DNA from: Paramicrosporidium saccamoebae KSL3
Taxonomy: Eukaryota > Fungi > Cryptomycota
Length of the DNA stretch: 14,495 bases
Reading direction: 5' to 3'
Assembly (NCBI GenBank): GCA_002794465.1
Contig: MTSL01000007.1
Location: forward strand, 1 to 14,495
The notes beneath the pieces are model-generated. The model did not search any database. It saw only the letters and a program-made list of their open reading frames with translations, and was not told where the DNA came from. Position 1 is the stretch's first letter. Every line of letters begins with the position of its first letter. A program made the position numbers and the translations under genes. Below, piece by piece: positions 7,483-14,495 of the stretch.

Positions 7483-8001
7483 TTAGAGGAGCTCTTCGAT
7501 TTTGGATGTCATGGCCTTTGGCTCATCGTTGGGAGCAAATCGGGCGACAGGGTTGCCTGATTTGTCAATGATAAACTTTGTGAAATTCCACTTGATGGCA
7601 TCAACTAGGAAGCCGGGACACTTGTCTTTAAGGAATTTCCAGAGCGGATGAGCATCAGAGCCATTGACATCAACCTTTTCTGCCAGGATGAAGCGCTTAT
7701 CGTATTGTTCCGCAAAGGCTTTGATCTTCTCCGCCTCGTCCTTTTCCTGGTTCATGAACTGATTGCAGGGGAACATCATAACTCTTAGTCCTTTGTCATA
7801 GTACTTGTCGAGTAGCTCGCTGAGACCAGAGTAGTTGCTCTTGGTATATCCACAGTAGGTGGCGGCATTGACAACAATGACCACCTGACCGCGGAATTGC
7901 GAAAAGTCGAGCTGCTGGGACCCGAGAATGTCACGGGCGGAAAAGTCGTAGAAGGTTTTGGGGGGACTGCTCATGAAGCGACGGGCCGCGGTTCGGAGCA
8001 T
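7483..8001 (-). CDS. GPX: Cys-type glutathione peroxidase, GPx4/PHGPx-like; starts at 8001 (presequence-bearing) and 7974
   Basis: FYDFSARDILG, VIVVNAATYCG (Cys = TGT at 7852-7854), FPCNQF..QE, KVDVNG..AHPLWKFLK, IKWNFTKFIID. The ORF-track extension to 8304 is antisense shadow of DCC1. Confidence 0.95.
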   Translation of the reverse strand: MLRTAARRFMSSPPKTFYDFSARDILGSQQLDFSQFRGQVVIVVNAATYCGYTKSNYSGLSELLDKYYDKGLRVMMFPCNQFMNQEKDEAEKIKAFAEQYDKRFILAEKVDVNGSDAHPLWKFLKDKCPGFLVDAIKWNFTKFIIDKSGNPVARFAPNDEPKAMTSKIEELL

Positions 8002-8035
8002 CTTGTACGGGGTAAACTCTGATTGGCCAGGAGAC

Positions 8036-9076
8036 ATGTTGAGGTTCTCGGGGGATTTGGATTGTGGCAAGAGGAGGTATTTTGAGTTGAGTGATTCAAA
8101 ATTGGAAGAGTTGGTTAGGAGGGGCGATAAGCTCCATGTAAAGGGAAGCGGTGACGAGGAACTAATAATATGTTCAGAGGAACACACGTTTCGGGTGCGA
8201 GAGGTGCACACTAGCAATTTGCAGCTGCTTGTCTCACAGGACACTGTGACCGAGATGGCCACATCGTTCCTGGAGGCGAAACGGATACCTGGAAAGCTGG
8301 TCAAGCTGAAGGACTGGCTGGAGGCGTGTCCTTACGACGGACCCGACGAAGAGCCGCAGCCTGAAGCATTGGCCAGACTACGGGTTGGAGGGCTCTTTGG
8401 AGATGTGCAAGCAAGTGATTGCGAGATTCGAAATTTCCTATCAGATTCCGGCGCAATTCTCATCAATGGATGTTATCGGCTGGTCAGTGCTGGGCATCTT
8501 TGTCGATTCTTCAAGATGCTCTTTGCGTTACTAACAATGAACGATCTCTGCAGTTGCAGTGTTTTGGAAAAGTGCACAATTATGACATTATTTGCCTCTG
8601 ATTCCGAGGGTGAAGAGTTTCCTCCAAACGTAGTGGAACATTTATTGTCAGTATACATGGATTCCACTAGTCGATTGGATCAGCGGAGGATTGGGCGCTT
8701 CTTTGCGGAGGAGCTATTAAAGGCGCGTCCGATTTGGCTTGAAAGCGAGTTTCTTTCCGCTTGGCGGCAACTCCTCGGCGACCTTGAGCCCTCCATTTCC
8801 TACCTCGGCGATCTCATCCTCAAAGAACCAGTACCGGGCATGACTGAAACCCGGCTTGCCTACTTTCCTGCTTCACGACTGCCCTTAGAGCCGGAAGCAC
8901 GGTTTGCACGGTTATTTGAAGTGCGTCCTAGGTGGGAATTGACTGAAATTGAGCCCTTTGTGGAAGGTGCGGCACGGGCTTTGGAAGTAGAGCTATTGGA
9001 TTTATTAGTGAAACATGCCAGGATTAGTACTACACCCAACGGCATTAAAATAGTGACGGCCCTCCTATCCGTCTAA
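8036..9076 (+). CDS. DCC1: Sister chromatid cohesion protein DCC1 (Ctf18-RFC subunit), about 346 aa
   Basis: FEL..LEELV.RG..L.VKG...EELIIC....TF.VREVHTSNL.LL, ASD.EI..FL....AILING, W...EF..AW..LL, LP.EP..RF..LF.VR.RW...EI.PF, and a C-terminal LLVKHAR. Confidence 0.9.
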   Translation: MLRFSGDLDCGKRRYFELSDSKLEELVRRGDKLHVKGSGDEELIICSEEHTFRVREVHTSNLQLLVSQDTVTEMATSFLEAKRIPGKLVKLKDWLEACPYDGPDEEPQPEALARLRVGGLFGDVQASDCEIRNFLSDSGAILINGCYRLVSAGHLCRFFKMLFALLTMNDLCSCSVLEKCTIMTLFASDSEGEEFPPNVVEHLLSVYMDSTSRLDQRRIGRFFAEELLKARPIWLESEFLSAWRQLLGDLEPSISYLGDLILKEPVPGMTETRLAYFPASRLPLEPEARFARLFEVRPRWELTEIEPFVEGAARALEVELLDLLVKHARISTTPNGIKIVTALLSV

Positions 9077-9114
9077 CAATAATAGATTATCATGTGATAT
9101 GTGTTGTGATGCAT

Positions 9115-9139
9115 CATGTCATGTCATGTCCTGTCATGT
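9115..9139. repeat. (CATGT)5 microsatellite with one variant unit
   Basis: CATGT CATGT CATGT CCTGT CATGT in the gap between the convergent DCC1 and pirin 3' ends. Confidence 0.8.
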
Positions 9140-9255
9140 TGAGAGATTGTTGTAAATATCTCTGGTTAGTAGATGATAATATATATTCACTCGCGCTATC
9201 AGAGATACTTGATCGCATTATGAATTATACTCACACTCGCGCGCTTTTTACTGAA

Positions 9256-10221
9256 TTAGTGGGCAATTTTGGAGGACCAGGTGGCACCGCGCGCAAACCC
9301 ATTGCTCCTTGAATCAAAGTCACGGATGGCGTTGTTAGTTTCCTCCTTGGTGCAGCAAATAAAATATCCATCGACGTCGATATTTTCTTTGATGGGCGCA
9401 CCTGCAAACAGCAAAAATCTCATTTCACCCTCACATTGGAGCAGAGTGTCGCCTGACGAGCCTGCCTTTGAGGTCGCCACAGAGTGGGGACAGAGGGATT
9501 GGGCGCCAACTGTGCCAGTGCCGGAAAGATTGTACACTCCAAGGAAATATTCTCCTGGGATGGTGAGTGCTGTGCTGCCCGTCGTGACCACGTCCATCAT
9601 GAGGATGGGGGTGGCAGACTTGACAGTACTCTCCTTCCCTGCGTACTTTCCAACCAGCAATCTGATCGTCGCATTTTCAGTCTTGATGATTTCCGTCTTG
9701 GATGCCCGCAGGACCTGGTTGCCCGGCTCACACTCTTTAAGCTCTTTGGGCAGATTGATCCAGAACTGGACATGTCTATTGGCGGCCTGTTTGCCCGGAA
9801 CTTGCGCATGGATAATGCCCTTTCCTGTGGTCATCCAGTGCACATCACGCTCCCCAAAGGTCTCTTTCCAGCCCATAAAGTCTTCATGTACAAATTCACC
9901 TACACACCGTATTTAGATTCAATCCGCTCATCTACCGTCGATAACATACAGCATCATGTCATGACCACAGTGGGGGTGGTCCGGAAACATGAGAGGTGGG
10001 CCCACGGTAATGTCGCTGCAGGTTAGGAAAGGACTGAATTGATCGTATTGGTGACAATTGAATCCACGGACTCCCACCTCACGGCCTTTGAATAACTCAT
10101 CCCCCAACTTGTCCATGTAGCGAGGAATGAAAGCTGCAGCGGGGATCGTCTCCGAGGCAACGTAGTGGGCATCAATGGTTCGAGTGGTGGTGGATGGCAT
10201 TCCAGTCACAGGATACCCCAT
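9256..10221 (-). CDS. PIR: Pirin (bicupin); complement join(9256..9899,9936..10221); start uncertain (10221, 10200 or 10116)
   Basis: Splicing gives SPFL..D..FPDHPHCG..MMLYVIDGEFVHEDFMG..VHWMTTGKGIIHAQ.P..VQFWINLP..K..EP. The C-terminus FLLFAGAPIKE...G.F...T.EE...AI.DF....NGF.R..TWSSKI is typical of animal/fungal pirins. Confidence 0.92.
9900..9935 (-). other. 36-nt intron (pirin), contains an in-frame TGA
   Basis: Minus strand GTAGATGAGCGGATTGAATCTAAATACGGTGTGTAG; removal yields the conserved G..HED.G. Confidence 0.9.
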
Positions 10222-10430
10222 GCTACTTAAAGGTCTGTCGGATCTGCTGTTCCGGGTCGTCCCGATTAATTGCAATGGTGTGATTGGGGGACGGGCCGTG
10301 TCACTTTACCATTTCAGTATCCATTAATGATTAGTTGGCAGTATTGGGTAGAAATCACATTCTGTGTAGTAAAACGACAACAAGGGATATTAAAAAGCAT
10401 GCGATTATGATTATGAGCAGAATAGTGCGG

Positions 10431-10698
10431 GGTAGAATAATCTCAACTCTGACACTAGTGTAGGTAGAATAATCTCAAATCTGACGCTAGTGTGGGGAGA
10501 ATAATCTCAAATCTGACGCTAGTGTGGGGAGAATAATGAATAATCTCAATCCTGATGCTAGTATGGGTAGAAAATAATCTCAATCCTGATGCTAGTGTGG
10601 ATAGAATAACGAATATCCCAACCTCAACGCTAATGCGGGTAGAATAATGGATAATGAATGATGAATAATGGATAATCTCAACCTCGGCAGTAGTGTAC
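10431..10698. repeat. Degenerate 32-bp tandem array (about 7 units), non-coding
   Basis: Consensus is roughly GGTAGAATAATCTCAAWYCTGAYGCTAGTGTG. Units start at 10431, 10463, 10495, 10527, 10566, 10600 and 10638; later units are lengthened by GAATAAT slippage. Confidence 0.9.
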
Positions 10699-10798
10699 GA
10701 CTCGACCGCATCCTGTCAGGGAATAATCGTCTCAATCACCAATTATAGGGTGGGACTCGACCATGGTCTGCTGTAAGATGGTCGCATGAAAAAGGAAA

Positions 10799-13700
10799 AT
10801 GTATTTACAATTTGGCGGGATGTTGAGCAGCACTGCTGAAAACGCACTGTACTTTCCACTGTACTCATGCATGACTATTAATAGGAGCAGGACACGCACC
10901 CGTCGATCCCTTACCAAACCCAATTATGTCGAACATGGCAGTTCAGCATCGGAGCCCGAGTCGGAGAGTGATTCGGGGCCTATAGTGGATGTTCTAGTAG
11001 AATCACAGGATTCCGTTGAGACTAAACAAGCTCGACTGAAATCTCATGGACGGCTTGGTAGACTTGCCCGCGATGAGCAGACTTCTTCAGGAGAAAAAAT
11101 TTACGATCAGTTGAGTGGGAGTGGAACGGCTATCAAGCTGGTTGTCGATGAATGGACAATGTTGTGGGATGATAGTCCCGAAACGGCTGCTCTGCAGCTT
11201 GTCAATTTCGTATTGCTAACAAGCAGCATCCGACAACCGATGACACGTGCAGATTTGGAGCATCCCGACCCTGCGGCTGTCCTTGCTGAGCTCCAGGAGA
11301 CTTGGACTTCTACTGGAAGCGAATATCTCTTGTCGTCAAAGCTAAAAACAAAGCCGGCAAAGAGCATGAAGCTGAATTTTGCCGAGTTCTGGGGACGATG
11401 GTCAAATGTTGTACTGATTGAGGATGCGTCGCGGCTAGTGATAAGCTGGCTTATGACAATGAGCAGCTCTGGATATCGACCGTTGCGACATGCAGCCTCG
11501 CTGGCGTGTTTTAATATTCTGCGTGGATGTGCGGTGCATTGCTCTACTTTGGCCAAGGAATTGGACAAGGTCAGTCGTCTCAAGAGCAGCGGAATGGTGG
11601 ATTCCATATCATCGCAACTTGCCTTGTTAGAAAAGACGATCCAAATGATCTTTGATGGTGTCTTTTTACAGCGTTTCCGTGATGTTGACTTTAATATTCG
11701 CATCGAAGCCGTGACTAATCTGGAAAAATGGATCGAGTCGTATCCCGAAGTGTTCCTGGACAATTCATACCTCCGCTATATTGGTTGGGCTCTCTCTGAC
11801 CGCATCTCTGCCGTGCGCTGCACCAGTCTGGAAGTTTTTTCGGTCCTTTACCGCGATGGTTCGATGAGAGATGGGATGGACTCGTTCACTCAGCGTTTCT
11901 TACCACGAGTCCTGGAGATGGCTGAGAGAGATGTGGAACTTGCGGTGCGTGATGAGGCGTGTCTTCTAGTTGCTGAATTGTACCGCTTTTGTGAGGATAA
12001 GGGTGAATTTAAAGAAAATCTTGGCTTTCTGTTGGATTTGGTGCGGTTCGCCCAGCCGATTACCAAATCTGGCCTTGAGGCGCTCTTGACTGTTATCTTT
12101 GACGGAGAGTCCTACGAGTCATTTAGAAAAAAGGCAGAGCTTGCTGTCAGTCAAATTAAAGACCCGCATGCGGATGATCATCCAGAAATGTTGATATGCT
12201 GCCAGATTGCCAAGTTTGCCGATGCTGTGACTGATGGAATTCCTGTTGATCGTCGTCTGCTTTGCGTGGAGCATTTTATTGGGGTTGCAAAGCGGACGAT
12301 CCCTGCCCTCCGAGATATAACTCTATGGGTCCGCCTCACTGAGGCTGTGCTACTCGGAAAGTCATTCAAGTCCAACGTCGCTGATCGCCAGCAATGGGAA
12401 TCCCTGTTCAACAATATTGCCAGTGTTAATGGATTCATGATGGTGTTGGAAGCAGTGACAAGATACTCCTTTGTCTATGTCAATTCCATGGCCGATTCAA
12501 CGCGACAGATGCATTGTGGACTCAATAAGAGCAACTCGAGGGATTTGTCCAATCTTCTCGTCTCCATCGTCCCCAACTGGATGCCGGAAGTAGTGAAGCA
12601 GTCTGGCTGTTTGGCAGCCTTCCTGGATCTGCTGGGTCTGGCAGATGCCGTCAGTCTCTGTGCTGGCTGGACTGATGCAGTTGCTGCCATCGGCGGAATT
12701 GCTGTTCTCTGCAACAACTCTGCCACGGCCGAATCGTTAGTCAGCTTGGCGCGTTACTGGCAGCAAGAAGAGATTACCGGGGCGTTTACCATTTTCCTCA
12801 AAACCATCCCCGAAGATTCTGCCTGCTGCCAACGCTATGCTAGAATGGCACTGGGAAAGATTCCATGGTCTGAAGTGATCCGCGGTGGCTTCTGGGCTCG
12901 GCTTGGCGCAGCTGCGCCTTTTGTTCCCGTGCCGGATTGGATTCGCTTGTCTAGCGCTCTGAAGGATCTGGTGGACAAGATTTACATTCTATTAGAAGAT
13001 GGCAAATCGTTGTCGTTGAGCGACACGCCGGAAGAGTATATTACTCTCGAGTCAACAGTCTTACCGGCCCTACTCACAGCTCTGGTCAAGGGATCGGCAT
13101 TTTCCGAGAGCGATGAAGATTTTTATTCGGTACTGACTGGACACTTTTCTCAGAAAACGATCCACACCGGTGCACATGTACTCGGGTTGCTCTGTGACCT
13201 CAAAGATGCCAAAGTTGACAATGACACAGAGGAGGAGATGATAGAGTTTATTGAGCAAGTTGGGGCCACTGAAGAAGGACTGATCCCTTCGCTAAGTCTT
13301 GGCAAGCTGTTTTTAAATGGAGCCGTGAGCGAAAAGGCCTTGGTGGCAGTCATGACCCTATATGGCCATCATTACAAAGGAGTTGTTGCCCAAAAGTGTT
13401 TCCTTTCATTGTGGAACTCTACCGTGAGCAAAGTAGGCGATCAGACTGTCGACCTGATTAGCGTCATCTTTGGCGCCTTGGGGAGCGACTTGGAAAACGA
13501 CTTGGAGGGACTTGCGCTATTGAGTAGTCTCTTTGCCGATTCTCTAAGAGATAATCCACAAGCTCGCAATTCCAACTCATTAGTACGCCTCTTTATCAGC
13601 ACTATTGAGGCTGGAAAGGATGGAGCTCGTCTAGACGCTCTCCTCACGAGTCTCGCAGTTTGGCTCACCCCTAATCTCGCTGCTGAAGTGTTGACATCTT

Positions 13701-13969
13701 ATCGTCGAGATGTGGATCGTCGTCCCGCTTTGGCCTCTGACACACTAACCAAAGCACTGATCAAAGCATCAACTAAGCGAACCGTTCCTGCGCGTCGTAG
13801 ACCCGTCACTGGGGGAAGTAAGCTCTGCAAGGAGGTCTCGGATGACGAAGATTTGATAAACTCGGAGGCGGCTACCCCGACCAAGGAGTTTGCAGGACTG
13901 AAAATGTCCAGCGAGTTGGCATTGCCATCATCCCCTCTTCCCGCCCGCAAGCGTACCATCAAAATGTAG
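10799..13969 (+). CDS. SCC3: Cohesin subunit SCC3/STAG/IRR1; start uncertain (10799, 10820 or 10871)
   Basis: STAG domain WLMTMSSSGYRPLRHAASL and SCD GVFLQRFRDVDFNIRIEA...LEKWIESYPEVFLDNSYLRYIGWALSD...VR, then RVLEMAERD, a HEAT-like helical body and low-complexity termini. Confidence 0.95.
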   Translation: MYLQFGGMLSSTAENALYFPLYSCMTINRSRTRTRRSLTKPNYVEHGSSASEPESESDSGPIVDVLVESQDSVETKQARLKSHGRLGRLARDEQTSSGEKIYDQLSGSGTAIKLVVDEWTMLWDDSPETAALQLVNFVLLTSSIRQPMTRADLEHPDPAAVLAELQETWTSTGSEYLLSSKLKTKPAKSMKLNFAEFWGRWSNVVLIEDASRLVISWLMTMSSSGYRPLRHAASLACFNILRGCAVHCSTLAKELDKVSRLKSSGMVDSISSQLALLEKTIQMIFDGVFLQRFRDVDFNIRIEAVTNLEKWIESYPEVFLDNSYLRYIGWALSDRISAVRCTSLEVFSVLYRDGSMRDGMDSFTQRFLPRVLEMAERDVELAVRDEACLLVAELYRFCEDKGEFKENLGFLLDLVRFAQPITKSGLEALLTVIFDGESYESFRKKAELAVSQIKDPHADDHPEMLICCQIAKFADAVTDGIPVDRRLLCVEHFIGVAKRTIPALRDITLWVRLTEAVLLGKSFKSNVADRQQWESLFNNIASVNGFMMVLEAVTRYSFVYVNSMADSTRQMHCGLNKSNSRDLSNLLVSIVPNWMPEVVKQSGCLAAFLDLLGLADAVSLCAGWTDAVAAIGGIAVLCNNSATAESLVSLARYWQQEEITGAFTIFLKTIPEDSACCQRYARMALGKIPWSEVIRGGFWARLGAAAPFVPVPDWIRLSSALKDLVDKIYILLEDGKSLSLSDTPEEYITLESTVLPALLTALVKGSAFSESDEDFYSVLTGHFSQKTIHTGAHVLGLLCDLKDAKVDNDTEEEMIEFIEQVGATEEGLIPSLSLGKLFLNGAVSEKALVAVMTLYGHHYKGVVAQKCFLSLWNSTVSKVGDQTVDLISVIFGALGSDLENDLEGLALLSSLFADSLRDNPQARNSNSLVRLFISTIEAGKDGARLDALLTSLAVWLTPNLAAEVLTSYRRDVDRRPALASDTLTKALIKASTKRTVPARRRPVTGGSKLCKEVSDDEDLINSEAATPTKEFAGLKMSSELALPSSPLPARKRTIKM
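10849..10884 (+). other. Candidate 36-nt in-frame intron near the SCC3 5' end
   Basis: GTACTTTCCACTGTACTCATGCATGACTATTAATAG has the same GTAC...TAG signature and size as the verified introns. Removal keeps the frame (AENAL|SRTRTRR), but no conserved motif tests it. Confidence 0.45.
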
Positions 13970-14058
13970 TCGGCCTACACTGGATGCTGTAAACCTATAA
14001 TGCTGTGCAATTTCATACGCTCAATTGTTTATAGGGCAGCCAATCAAAAGTCAGACTC

Positions 14059-14064
14059 AATAAA
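14059..14064 (+). terminator. Putative polyadenylation signal for SCC3
   Basis: AATAAA(GCT) lies about 90 nt after the SCC3 stop and 23 nt before the next ATG. Confidence 0.4.
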
Positions 14065-14087
14065 GCTTGTAGCACCCCTTGGCGGTC

Positions 14088-14303
14088 ATGGACCTCGGCA
14101 CCCTAATCGGCGTGTGCATCATTGCCGTCGCGGCCTTTCTCCTTGCCCTCCTTGGGCTGTTGTACCTGTGCATACACCTGGGACGCGTGAGGGCCCGCAG
14201 GCGCCAGAGGAGACTACTATCGCCCTCACCCTCGCAAGGCGACGCTTCTGTTGTGCTACCAGTTCTGCCGCACCCACTCAGTTCACCCTCTTCTGAAGTC
14301 TAG
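14088..14303 (+). CDS. Small single-pass membrane protein of unknown function, 71 aa
   Basis: MDLGT + about 24 hydrophobic residues + GRVRARRRQRR (positive-inside) + Ser/Pro-rich tail. CCAAT at 14040-14044 lies upstream and AATAAA at 14371-14376 downstream. Confidence 0.6.
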   Translation: MDLGTLIGVCIIAVAAFLLALLGLLYLCIHLGRVRARRRQRRLLSPSPSQGDASVVLPVLPHPLSSPSSEV

Positions 14304-14495
14304 CCGCTTCCTGCTGTATTATTTCGTTGTATTTTATAGTCTCGTTAACGTTGTGCGTCCAATTGTGTTCAATAAAAAGGTTGTCGAAGGTTGAATGTGG
14401 GTGAGATGAATTCTGGTGGGTTGAATTTCGGCGAGGTGGGATATCGAGGGTTGAGTCCTAAAGATTTAATTTTGGTGAGTTGAACACTAAAGGTT

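Noticed and set aside
7852-7854. Selenocysteine in GPx
   Set aside because: The active-site codon is TGT (Cys), and the ORF has no in-frame TGA.
8002-8304. Long antisense overlap implied by the 273-aa GPx ORF with DCC1
   Set aside because: The extension is the reverse complement of DCC1 codons; GPx homology starts at about 7974.
9269-10026. Plus-strand ORFs of 215 and 180 aa opposite pirin
   Set aside because: They are antisense shadows; the minus strand carries the conserved pirin motifs.
10431-10698. CRISPR array or coding repeat
   Set aside because: Units are directly adjacent with no unique spacers, there are no cas genes, and the context is eukaryotic. The 32-bp period and frequent stops exclude a protein repeat.
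11107-13962. Multiple minus-strand ORFs (up to 218 aa) within SCC3
   Set aside because: They are antisense shadows of a long conserved CDS.
14000-14296. 98-aa ORF overlapping the small membrane protein in another frame
   Set aside because: It has no recognisable features and starts upstream of the CCAAT box; the 14088 frame has a far more protein-like organisation.
14369-14495. 41-codon open frame on the minus strand at the window edge, and GGTTGA-rich quasi-repeats partly resembling the 32-bp array (ATATCCCACCTC vs ATATCCCAACCTC)
   Set aside because: It is too short, truncated by the window and low-complexity; flanking sequence is needed to evaluate it.

Overview
This is a very gene-dense eukaryotic nuclear window (intergenic gaps mostly 27-400 bp). 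It contains 10 probable protein genes and one tRNA: ALG7/DPAGT1 (-), a minimal LDB/LIM-bind cofactor (+), a TRAIP-like RING E3 ligase (+), a 7TM protein resembling the membrane part of plant 7TM-RGS1 (+), RIC8 (+), tRNA-Val(AAC) (+), a Cys-type GPx4-like peroxidase (-), DCC1 (+), pirin (-), SCC3/STAG (+) and a 71-aa single-pass membrane protein (+). Several ORFs in the track are split by 28-36 nt GTA...TAG introns; splicing them restores conserved motifs. The gene set, compaction and tiny introns suggest a reduced early-diverging fungal/opisthokont parasite (Rozellomycota-like); this is inference only. Most notable: (1) a 7TM-RGS1-like receptor with an apparently truncated RGS tail sits directly upstream of the G-alpha GEF/chaperone RIC8; (2) the introns are ultra-short and their donors lack +5G; (3) a TRAIP-like ligase; (4) a 32-bp tandem array in the largest intergenic gap; (5) a pirin with an altered metal ligand; (6) a 34-bp head-to-head GPx/DCC1 spacer with dual GPx starts. 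All family assignments come from motif recognition and remembered reference sequences; no searches were run.
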